From assembly GCF_009834535.1 (NCBI RefSeq), contig NC_045697.1, positions 65,846,001 through 65,910,000 on the forward strand: a stretch of 64,000 nucleotides of DNA, in the 5' to 3' direction. The notes under the pieces were generated by a model. The model was not told the origin of the DNA. It did not search any database and saw nothing but the letters and a program-made list of their open reading frames with translations. The stretch's first letter is position 1; the number at the start of each line of letters is the position of its first letter. The translations under genes were made by a program, and so were the position numbers. This document shows positions 52,715 through 64,000 of this stretch, piece by piece. The DNA comes from Camelus ferus (lineage: Eukaryota).

Positions 52715-53067
52715 CAGAGGCAGGGTTACCATGCAGCTAATAAAGCTTAAGCTTCAAGGCCCCTCACTGGCACGGGCATGGTGAGCACTCTGAGTTGCTG
52801 GGAGTTGTGGAGAGTTCCAGGTGGGGTAAGGAAAGCCAGGTTGCAATCAGGAAGAATTTCTATGTAAACTTTCCTGATAAATTGCCCTAAGGACATCTTA
52901 GAAGTCAGTAGGTGAGATCTACAAGCCTCAGTAATTTACTGTGATTTTTAAATTCTAATTATTCATTTTCTTATCTAATTTTGTATTTATGTTTTTCAAG
53001 AGGCAACTCCCAAACCCATCAAATTGTGCACATTCAATAGGGCGCAAAGCCTGGATCTACCTCCATG
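52715..53067 (+). mobile_element. Non-autonomous hAT DNA transposon (MER69/Arthur1-like, tentative)
   Basis: Starts cagaggcagggttaccatgcagctaataaagcttaagcttcaaggcccctcac, with a degenerate inverted end ggatctacctccatg. Confidence 0.5.
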
Positions 53068-53416
53068 AATGACTTTCTTATGAATATTGTAGATGCTTCA
53101 CCCAGTTGTTAAAGGAAAAAAAAACTGTACAAGACAATCATATTTCTTCTTATTTATGAAGTCAAATCAAATGCCCTAAAGTACCACTGGTATTTAAAGG
53201 ATTATTTTGGTATAATTTGAGGATTTTCCTCTGATTGAGAAAAACATTAATTGTAAAAAGCATTCACAATTCTACAGCAGTTGGCATAACATACCTCCAC
53301 AAGACAGCAAACTACTCATTCTTATTTGAAAAATGTGGTACTGCATATGGCAACTGAATGACTCTAAATTGAAAAGTAGTAGAAAACCATTTTCAAGACG
53401 ATTATATGATTATTCA

Positions 53417-53537
53417 GGGGCTAGGGGTAGAGCGCACTGGTAGAGTACGTGCTTAGCATGCATGAGGTCCTGGGTTCAATCCCCAGTACCTCCATTAAAT
53501 AAACAATTAAAGAAACAAATAAATTTCTTTAAAGGAA
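53417..53537 (+). mobile_element. tRNA-Ala-derived SINE (camelid Vic-1-like)
   Basis: tRNA head with A and B boxes (tggtagag...ggttcaatccc), A-rich tail, and degenerate 17-bp TSD GATTATATGATTATTCA (53400-53416) / GACTATATGATTACGCA (53538-53554). Confidence 0.85.
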
Positions 53538-54723
53538 GACTATATGATTACGCATCATATCTTCAAATCCTGATCTTCCCATCATCAGAATATTTCAACA
53601 AAGGATTATTTGGTTAAGAATTTCAAAACAGGATTGCTATTTATTCACGTATTAGTGGTGATATTATATAAAGGGCTTATATTCTTATTGATTTGCATGT
53701 TGACTTCTGAAAAATCTTCCTAGTAGGTACTGTATGTTCCTTTAAAATTATTGCTGGCTGTAAAAGTGGGCACACACACGCCAGGGTGTGCGTTGGGCAG
53801 CTTTTACAGCGCTCCCCGGGTGTGCTGGGCCTCTGGGGCATGGAGCCAAAAGTGGAGCTGCCATCATTCAACAGTATAAAATGCATACTGTGGTGTGTCA
53901 TCGCAATTATTCCTTTTTATGGCTTTGAAAAAAGCTCCACCTTCCCTTCAGTGATTTTAAACATTAACCTCCAACGCTCAGAAGTACTCAAAATGGTTCA
54001 ACTCTGTTTTCCATGATCAAGCTGTGTTTCATTAGAAATGAACTCCTCCCCATGCAAACATTTTCAGCCAGTACCAATCCCAACGTCAAAATATGCAAGG
54101 ATTTGTAAGCAAAATTTGTGAAAGAACTTTTCAAGAGTGTATGTTTGCTGTTGAACTAGCAAAACAAATCTGATAGGAGTATTTCCAAGAGTAAATATTT
54201 TCTAAAAACTTAGAATTTTCTTGGGGTGTTTCCATGACTTATACATTAATGGCTTTCATTTATAGAAAATTTTTTAAAGATCAATAAATGTTTTTTAAAT
54301 TTTTGGACTCATTTCAAAACAAAATCATTACTTCCCAAAAGCTTAACATCTGATAGCTGAGGGATAATCAAGGCAAATAAAACCTAGTATATTAATATAC
54401 TAGCAAAGAGTTGTCTGCTAGGACTTTAAAGCTTACAAGTTAACACTCATTCCCAAATATTTTTCAATATAAGCTAGAGAAACACGTGCAACAAATTACA
54501 TTTTGAATAAGAGGTACATCCCAGGGTTGAAATGATAAAAGAAGAACTTGGTGACATTGACGGGAATTGAGGAGTCACTGGGTGCATGAATCCAGGTGGA
54601 GACAGCTTAGAATAATTTTAGAGAAATACTACCGTTGCACAGTAATATTTTGATGAAGAAAAATTGTCAAATAAAGATGAGGAGTGAGTATAGCATTCAT
54701 GGGAAAAAAAATTTGGGGGGAGG

Positions 54724-54950
54724 AGCTTGACACAACAGAAGTGTATTGTCTCAGTTTTGAAGGTTAGAAGTCTGAATTCAAGGTGCTGGCAGGGCCATGT
54801 GCCCTCTGAAACCTGCTGGGAAAATCCTTTGCCTCTTCTAGCTTATGGTAGTTGCTGGCGATCCTTTGCTTTCCTTGGCTTATAGACACATCACTCCACT
54901 CTGTCTCCACCTGTCACATGGCTATCTTCTTCTTGTGTCTTTGTGTTTCT
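54724..54950 (-). mobile_element. Truncated MaLR LTR (MLT1-type)
   Basis: caacagaagtgtattgtctcagttttgaaggttagaagtctgaattcaaggtgctggcagggccatg...ttccttggcttatagac. Confidence 0.75.
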
Positions 54951-55339
54951 TTTCTTCTTTCTCGCTGGTGCCTGGGAGGTCCTAGGCCTTCTTGGGTTTG
55001 GTCACCTGGGTGATGATGGCCAGGAACCAGGCAGTCCATAGGTACACGGCCCCCGACCTGCAGCCAGGCATGCAGGGGCGCGGGTGGGGCGGGGCGGGGC
55101 TTGCGCTCCCCGAAGCAGCCTGGTTGTGCCTGCCTTTCCGGCTGCGCGCTCTTGGAGAACATTGCTAAGGAGTGTAGTGAAAATTTTATTATATTTTTTT
55201 ATTGAGGTATAATTGGCATATACATCCATTGTTTCTTTTACCCGTAATTTCTTCCACTTGGAGGAGGAAAACGTTTACTCCGCCCGACCCATCAGAAACT
55301 CCATGATTCACATAGGAATTTGCCATCATTTTATTTCAC

Positions 55340-55805
55340 CTCATCTCCTGACTTTCATTATTGGTCCAGAGGTGAGCACCTGAATCAAACTGGACTAATC
55401 GCAGTACTTAAATGCCCTCTCAAGGTGATTTGGCTTGGAGATGGACACGTGACAAAAGCTAGTCCAAATCAGTATAATTCCCTGAGTTTTAAAAATAGAG
55501 TAGTGAGTCTTGCTTGGAAAACTCCCTGAAAGGAGCATGTAGGAGTGTGCTTCAAAGCTGCTTGTAGCTATGTCCCCACATGAGAAGGGAATCAGTCTCA
55601 GAGAGTGAAGTCAACAGGTAGAGAGATGCAGAGGAAAATATGGGAAAAGGGAGACAGAGATAGAGTCATTACGATATTCAAATCCTCAGTTCTAGACGTT
55701 CCTGACACTTACACAATTTGCCTACGTAAACGAATAAGTTCTCCTTTTGCCTAAACGGTTTGAGTTTAATTTCTGTCCCTTACACAAATGAGTCTTACTA
55801 AAGTA
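55340..55805 (+). mobile_element. Old LTR remnant (MLT1K/LTR33-like)
   Basis: gatggacacgtgacaaaagctagtccaaatcag...aataagttctccttttgcctaaacggtttgagtttaatttctgtcccttaca. Confidence 0.5.
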
Positions 55806-56214
55806 TCACTTGGCTAAAATAGCCATACTCTCAGGCTTATCTAGCATCTTATCCTTGGACAAAGGTCAGTAGAAAGCTGCCTATTTGGATAATAGTGTCT
55901 TGACTCCTCTTCAAATTTATTTTTATTGAGTTGCACTCCAATGGTAAGCCCTTAGATTTAATCAAGGGTTTAAAGCAACCTACAAAATCTGATTAAATCA
56001 CTCACAACACTGATGTTGTTGAAGGTGTGTATATCCCTTGGTGCCCCATTATAAGCTCCACGTGAGAATTTTTTCTAAAATGTAGATCAGAGCTTTTCTT
56101 CTCTTAAAGGAACTGCTATGTTTTCAATTTATGGGGGTGGGGGGAGTCATATGTATTAAAATAGATCATATTAATTAAAATGGGATGAAGTAGGTCATTT
56201 TAGGAGACTTCCGT

Positions 56215-56462
56215 AATACAGTGGAAGAACACTGATTTGGAGACAGAGATCTGGATTTGAGTCCCTAAATCCATGCTATGCATTTACCAGCCGAGTGGCC
56301 TTTAGCAGATTATTCAATCTCTCTGGACCTCAGTTTTCTCTTCTGTAAAATAGGGCTAGTAATATTAGCCTTAACCAGGTTATAATGTTATTTTAAAAGT
56401 TAAATGGGATTAAGTGTGTAAAAATACTGTAAACTGTAAAGCACTATATCTGTTTTAGTTAT
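56215..56462 (+). mobile_element. MIR SINE
   Basis: cagtggaagaacactgatttggagacagagatctggatttgagtccc...ctctctggacctcagttttctcttctgtaaaataggg. Confidence 0.8.
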
Positions 56463-59099
56463 ATTAAGTCTTATAATCAAACTGGAGTTTTCTCTTGTAT
56501 ACAGGATGATTTCTTTGAGGAAGAAACCTTTGTATTCTCCACCAGAAGTTTATACTGTTTAAAAATAACACAACCCTACTCATCTTTAAAGAGCTGAAAT
56601 TAAATCCTTATCAGAACCCTGAGTAGTAGTTCCATTTTACCCTGGAGGCATATAGAAGATCCTGGAGAGGAAAAGGCAAGTTGTCAAGGGCTATAAAGGA
56701 AGACAAGACTGTATGCAAATGAAGACCTGGAGCTCCAGGCTGCCTGATCTTTAATGGAAAGCAAAAACCACATCATTGCCTTGACAACTCACTGCCTTTT
56801 TCCCTGCTGTTTCTCCAAATCTCTACCCTGAGCCCACCCTAAAATGTAAGGACTGAAATTCTAAAAATGAAGCTTCATCTGTTGTTTGGTAAAGATCAAT
56901 ACTGAGAGTGAGGGATAGTAATTGGCAACAGCATCATTGATTTAGACCCCCAAGCCACACTCATTGTGTATGCATCTACTGCTGATCTGTGGGAGAGAAG
57001 AGCACAGAATTTAGTTTCTTCTTTAACCGAGTGTTGCTCAGTTTTTCTGCCAGCGTTGTAAGAACATTGCTAAAAGGCACAAAAGCTCACGGAGGTGTCA
57101 AACAGCAGGGATGAGAGGCTGAGCTTCCCCTCATCCGTGAAGGAGTCAATTAAAGAACAAAGACAACTCTTGGGTTTTAAGATCACCATCCAAGTTGTTC
57201 CAGAATTCTCATGTGTATTTCGAATTCAATCTCCTTATATTTCTTCTTTATTCCCAAAAACTGTATTTAGATGGTGTTTCTGTGTTTTTAAAAGCACGGT
57301 TATAAAAGCATTTAGTTTTTTCTTATATTTTGTAACCCTGTGTGCTTCCATTTAATCTATCCCCATAGAAACTATTCTGAGATTAAACAACAACCAGTAT
57401 CAGGAAAACTTTAAGGACATTCCTCCAGGTTGTAGCCATCATTTCAATCTCCTAGACATTAAATGTTCTTAGCTTTTTCTTTCTTTCTGCTAATGATTTC
57501 TTATGTGTTCAGGCTCCAAGGGAGCTGAGAAGGAAGGGAGAGTAGGAACAAAGCACACCCTCAGTCAAGAGCTCTTTCATTGTTGGTTAGATTAGGGATG
57601 ACTTCAGCTTCTTATGTAAAGTGCACACTGTAAACTAATCTTTGTTTCTGCAATTTAGATAAGATTATTTCAATAGACGTCAGTTTCACTACTGGATTTT
57701 CTTTCTTTCTTGGACTGATATTCTTTTTGGCCAATGATCTATGTGACTATAATTGACATAAATTTACCGTATCTGAATTATATCTTGTGGGTTTATGCCA
57801 GGAGCAAAACATTATTTGTGTTTATATCAGTAGGTGAACTTTAAAAGTGTGTCTGTTGACTTTTTGAACATCAACAAACTAAGTGCTGCAATATTCTTTG
57901 GCTTAGTTAATAAAATCCTAACTGAACACATGTGATGTGTGCAAACTGTCTTTAAAGACATACCTATGTGTTAATTTCATATTCATTTCTACTTGTCTCT
58001 AAATTTATATGTCAATTTTAAACAATATGCTGTGTTGTCATTATATGTTAAATAGTGACTCAATATTTAAGTTGCTACAAAGACTAATTCCATTTCAATT
58101 TAAAGGAAATGTCAGGAATAATATATTTTTACATTATGCAGACCAAGATTACTTCATATACTATTCATGACATCCTATATGTTATCCATCATATATATTA
58201 TACCTGAAGCAGAAAGTATGCATATCATTCAGATAAATATTTATAAAAATTAAACTAAAAGAAACTTTTAAAGCAAAGGAGCAGTAACAAAAACAGGTTT
58301 TGCCTGAGATCTCAGCCGGTCAATGAAGCCCAACAAAAAATATTACTTATTAATAGAACTAAATATCTACCAGAGATTTCAAGAGTGCAGCACTTTGATT
58401 ATTTCTAGGTTTAATTACAAAGACAAAAATGACCAGAGTGCAATCAATGTAAAATAAAACTCTAATCTTAAGATTAGAGGTTGAGGCTACTAATATTCCT
58501 AGGCAGAAGATCTGATTTTAAAGGACATGTAAAATGTAAGTAAAACATAAATGAAAATGTAAATGAAGTGTTCCCTGAATCGTAAAGAACCCACAATTTA
58601 GTTTTAAATTATATGCTGCAATCGTTGCTTACGTTTCATTGAAATTGTATTATGTGTATGTGAATCTGAGATAGGGTATTTGGAAATGCATATAATTCTT
58701 TTTTTTTTAATCTACTATAGTCATTCTAAAAGCTAGAAAACTGTCATCAGAAAATTGGATTCTTATGGAAAAATCTTTTTAAAATTACCTATTTTTAGGA
58801 GTTAAAATTAGATAGCCTGGTCACATTAGCAGAGGCATCAGAGGATGAAAATTACATGTGGTTTGGGAAATAATTAAAGAATAAAAAACTTAAGAATCTT
58901 TGTACCTGCATTCTAGATTCCATCTCAGTTTTTCAGAGATCCTGATCCATCAGTTTTGCCTCTTCCCTCAAAGTTCACATCTAAAACACTAAACAAATAG
59001 ATTAAAAAAAAACCAAACCAACCCTAGCTTTCCACATTCTTGTTCTTCTCTGTGTACTATCCTGGTTTTCACTCAGATCTAAGTCTTAATAATCTATAA

Positions 59100-60080
59100 A
59101 TCTAAAATAATTTAACTTTTCTGCGCTTCTATTTCCCTTCTCAACCTAGTGCCATTTGACTTCCACACTATCACTGCCCTAACAGTTCATTCTCATGTCA
59201 AGGTAACCTCCAAAGTGACAAAGTTAGGGGATACTGTTAATCCTTAATTTCCTTGATCTCTAGACAGCTACTGAAACTCCTTCTAGGTTTCCACGTCACC
59301 AACACTCTCCCTGATTTTCTTCATCCATAGCAACTTCTCATTTTACACAATCTATTTTCCCTGAGTGACCTCATTTATATCAGCGATTTTATGTACATTC
59401 ATATGCTGATGACTCCCACTTTTGTAATCACTCTCATCTTGCTCCGAGGCTTCAGACCTATACTGCTTCTAGAATGACTTCAGGACGTCTTCATGTGGAT
59501 GACATAGGATTTTCCAGCTGAACTAATCCAAGTTCATTGCTGGTCCTCAGCTCCCGTCGAAGTCTTTTTTGACTTCTATTCCTAATCTCTGTTAATAGAT
59601 CACGTCTACAATATCCCAGAAAATTGTGAGTGACCCTTGATTCCTTCTTTTGTCTCAAATTATTTATTAGCTCACTAAAACCCTGCTAATTATATCACAA
59701 AAGTAGACTTGACTGTGTCCAGATCAATTGTCAACACCTCAGTCTATACCATTATTATTTGTTGCAAGGAAAATTGCATGGCCACTCAGCTGGTCTGTTT
59801 TCTTCCCCTCTTCATTTACTCCTATCTAGTTCACACTAATGACAGTGTTATTTTTCTAGAAAAATAAAAGGTAGGCACACCACAGTTCCAGGCTCCCCTG
59901 CTACCACACCTGTTTATACCATTTTGGCATTCTTTTGCGTGCAGGGGGACAGCCAATATTTCTGTCTATCACATAAATGCTTTACAATTAATCAGAAATC
60001 TGCCTATTATTCCAGCCTCATTTTCCATCTCCCTATATTTTCACCCTCTCATTTTACATTTATAAAAATTCTTTATTCTT
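59100..60080 (+). mobile_element. L2 LINE fragment
   Basis: Includes atatgctgatgactccca (YADD-like RT remnant) and typical L2 3' text. Confidence 0.6.
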
Positions 60081-60552
60081 TAAATGACCATTGGCAGCTC
60101 TAGATTTCTATTATTCTTAGGCTAGCAATCCCAGAGAAAAGAAAACCCCTCTTCCACATTTGCTCAGTAAAGACCTGGGGGAGTTCCAGGTGGCTCTGCT
60201 TGGGTCAGTGGACTGATGAACCAATGCCTGTGGCCAAAGGAATTCAGGGCTCTGACTAGTCAAGGCTGGCTCGTGTGCCTGCCTCTGTGGGGAGAAGTCT
60301 GTTCCACCTACACTTCATGGAATAGCTCCCTCATTTTGAGGAGTCCTGTCACCAGAATCACGGGAAGAAAATGGCTACAAAGGAACTACTATAAGAAAAA
60401 GGAAGAAGATGGGGAGACCACATAATGTATTTCTGGGAGCTCAGGATGATTTCTTAGCACTGAACTGCCATCCCCTCTCTTCACAAGTAAATTGGCATTC
60501 AGCTGGGTTATAGGGAGCAAGTTCTAATCGTTTTTTTTAAGCAGTAGTTTCT

Positions 60553-60683
60553 TTTTATTCATTAATTTATTGGGTGGGGGGAGGCAATTAGGCTTATTTA
60601 TTTTTTTAATGGCGGTACTGGGGATTGAACCCAGGACGTCGTGCATGCAAAGCACATGCTCTATCACTGAACCATACCCTCCC
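60553..60683 (-). mobile_element. tRNA-Ala-derived SINE (camelid Vic-1-like)
   Basis: Antisense tRNA head (gtactggggattgaacccaggac...ctctatcactgaaccataccctccc) with a T-rich tail on +. Confidence 0.85.
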
Positions 60684-62643
60684 TTGCAGCAAATTCTAAT
60701 TTTAATAAATCATTTTCTTTTTGAAAATCAGCATTTCCACGTAAGGCATATTGTGGTGAAGGAGACTATATTGCATATTTCTGTCTTTATTTTCAGATGT
60801 CTTCTTTCATTCTAATTCTTCCATGCTTTCTGTAGAAGTGGAGCACACTCCAGGGACAGGTGGGAATCAATTGGTCTCAGTCAGCATTGGTCTTCCTTTT
60901 TTTTCCCCTACTCTTTTCTAACTTTCTACCTCTCCCCTCACCATCACCTCCTTATCCAGTTCCCCAAACAAAAAAAATAAGCAGAGAGTTTAATCAACTG
61001 GTATTTAGATTCAGATTCAACAAATGTTGAGGACGTATCATGTACCATATGCAAAATCTCAGAAGCAGGAATTGTGTATTCTTGTTGGAGCACAAATGCT
61101 GTCCAGCTGCGTACCAGCTTATGAGGGGCCAGGAAAAGAATTCTGAAATGTGCTCTGGCAGCTCTGAGGTGGCAAAATAGGTGATCATGATATTCAGATA
61201 AATAAAATATATTTGTGTTTGGGTTTGTTTAAAACTGGCGTTCCTGTGAACAACACACAGCTCATGTGACTTGTCGCCACTTTTTCCTCATACTTGTCTT
61301 TCTGTTCTTTCCATTCCTCTTTATTTTTTTTTCTTCTTATTTTCCCCGGAATTTTCCAGTTTCATGGGAAAGCAAAAAAATAGTCTACCCTTGATTTTAT
61401 TATAATTTTTATATCCTTCTTTCCAACTCTTTTGAAAATCCTCTGAATCCTCCTTCCATTGTAGGTAAATTCCCCTATTTCCTCAATATTTCTGCAGGAT
61501 GATTTATCTGGACTATAACTCAGCACTGAGAGCGTCTCTCACATTGCATCTTTCTCCAGTGGAGGAAGCTCATTTTCTCATCTTTCACGAGCAGCAGGAC
61601 AAGAGGTGTTTATCCTTCTCCAGATTCCTCACCACCCATATCATAGCATGACTGCATTGTCCTCAAGTAAAGGCACACACGAATTAAAATGGGAGGCTCC
61701 AGAGTTGCAATCCTAACTCAGGCAGTTACTAGCTGTCTAACTTCAAGCGAGTGATAATCAAGATTTATACATCTAAGTCAATGACTCATCCAAGCACTCA
61801 GACAGTATCTAGATCTCTGCAATTTTAATGAATTAATTTCCACTCATTCCCAGGACTAATCCTGAATCTTGTCAGCTTGGATCCTCCTCAAAAATTTGAA
61901 ATTCCAAATATCCAACTTTTTATCTTTCTATATTTGCTACCTGCTCTTACACAATGAAAGACACTTGCAATGAAAGTCCTTTGTTCTTACCGTTTCTTCT
62001 GGTCATTCAGTCTCTTTCTAGACTCTTATCCATCCCTGCATGGTTGGAAACCTCTGTTTGATCATGAAAAATATTGTTCCACTAGTTGCATTGATGTACT
62101 GGGAATTTTTAAGAAGATCAAAGTATCAATTAGAATATTAACTTTATTTTACTTTTCATTTATTTATTCCCCTCCTCCCCCACAACTTGTACTTCACCCT
62201 CAGGAATACAAACTTCAGGCAGTGAAAGGAACTGGAAATGGCATTTCTAGTGGAAGGAGTGAAAATAGGAAAGGAAATTTTATACCTTACCCAGTAATTT
62301 TTTTTTAATAAACAATAAAGGAAAAAAAAAAAGCTGCCAGGACTATGTTAGTAAAAGATAAGATAGTAAGGAAATAAAGACTTGGAAAATTAAAGAACAA
62401 AAAGTGAATGTCATTTGTAATCATCACAGGCTTAACTTCAATAAAAAAGTGAGTGAGTTATTAATTGGTATCATGTTAATTATGCCAGCATTTGACAGCA
62501 GAATGTGAGATGTATCATGGAAAAACCAAAGTTTAATAAACTTCTGTGGTACCTTCATTGCATTTGGACTCAATAGTCTCACCAAAGAGATTATACCAAA
62601 GTAATATTTTAAGTGTTCTTTTAAAAACTAGGCATGCAATCTA

Positions 62644-63117
62644 TTTTTAAATTGAAGTATAGTTGATTTACAATATTGTGTTAATTTCTGGTGTACAGCA
62701 TAGTAATTCATTTATACATATATATATTCCTTTACATATTCTTTTTCAATATAGGCCATTACAAGGTATTGAATATAGTTCCCTGTGCTATACAGTACAA
62801 ACTTGTTGTTTATCCATTTTATATGTAGAAGTTAGTATCTGCAAATCAAGAACTCCCAGTTTATTCCTCCCCACCTCCTTCCCCCCTGGGTAACCATAAA
62901 TTTGTTTTCTATGTCTGTGAGTCTGCCTCTCTTTTGTAAATAAGTTCACTTGTGTCCTTTTTTATTTTTTTAAGATTCCACATATAAGGGATATCATATG
63001 GTATTTTTCTTTCTCCTTCTGGCTTACTTCACTTAGTGTGACAATCTCCAGGTCCATCCATGTTGCTGCAAATGGCATTATTTCATTCTTTTTTTAATGA
63101 CTGAGTAGTATTCCATT

Positions 63118-63203
<86 letters not shown>

Positions 63204-63254
63204 TACAACTTCTTTATCCAGTCATCCTTCGATGGACATTTAGGTTGCTTCCAT
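62644..63254 (-). mobile_element. 5'-truncated L1 with internal (TCTA)n/(TA)n/(CA)n microsatellite
   Basis: Same family of L1 3'UTR as the 35.6/38-kb copies. 15-bp TSD TAGGCATGCAATCTA (62629-62643) / TAGACATGTAATCTA (63255-63269). Compound repeat at ~63119-63202. Confidence 0.9.
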
Positions 63255-64000
63255 TAGACATGTAATCTAAAAGAAAAAAAAGTATGACTATTTTAGTTAA
63301 AAGTGAAAAATTACAACAGGAAGCTTTTCTTTCAGCTCATGTTTCATTTGGATATGAATCATGATCTCTGCCATGATTTCTAGGTCACTAAAATGCATTC
63401 AGAAATATTTCTGTGAATATAGTTCTGAAAAACATGGAGACTGCATCAACATTTTTCGTTAAGTTCTTCACTTCAGTGATTTCCATGGTGACGTCTATAT
63501 CAGTCTATACATAGTGCATATATAAGTAGATTCTTTATATGGCAACCAACTAGCTTATTTTTCACAAAGTTGGACAAGAAAATTTCTATGAATTCTCAGT
63601 AGCTATGGCCTTCTACCAGGGTTCTCACAACCAGCCATAGGACAAACCAATCTTGATTAGATGTAATTTTTGACTGATGACATGTATTAGAATATGGGGC
63701 TAGATCTGTAAAATAACATGATTGTTTTCAAACTCTGTTGGAATGAAATGACATCAGAAAACTTGGTTTGAGCCTGGTCTCCCAGTGCCAAACTGCTTCG
63801 TTTTACTCTGCTTCAAAGTATGGGTCCTAATCTACCTTCTTCTCCCCCAAATGGTCCTACATGTTGCAAATATGTTGGCACAGTTATACTCAGGTCCATA
63901 TCTCGAAACTATAGTAAACTTAAAAATTATGGTAAACATCTGCCCTCAGAGAAAAAGAGGCATTAATAAGTGTACTGATTATGCAGATAATTCTTTCAAT

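Noticed and set aside
53417..53495. Possible tRNA-Ala gene
   Set aside because: Degenerate arms, an A-rich tail and TSDs identify it as a SINE.

Overview
Mammalian genomic DNA containing the single-exon proneural bHLH gene ATOH1 (CDS 21634-22692, +), its promoter and the two known conserved 3' enhancers (A and B). tRNA-Ala-derived Vic-1-like SINEs suggest a camelid host (inference). The rest is intergenic and rich in transposable elements: MIR, L2, L1, MaLR/ERVL LTRs, an ERV-L internal region with nested LTRs, and an RPL9 processed pseudogene. Three observations stand out. (1) A decayed but collinear Ty3/gypsy chromovirus (Sushi-like) pol fossil at ~3.3-5.6 kb, with RT-connection, RNase H, integrase, GPY/F and chromodomain traces, interrupted by L2 and MIR. 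(2) An inverted L1 pair sharing an exactly identical 262-bp tract next to clearly diverged sequence, suggesting gene conversion or an inversion. (3) A candidate extra ATOH1 enhancer near 33.5-34.1 kb with an ATOH1-type E-box next to an HNF1 site. Repeat family names and most repeat boundaries are by-eye and approximate; no database searches were run.
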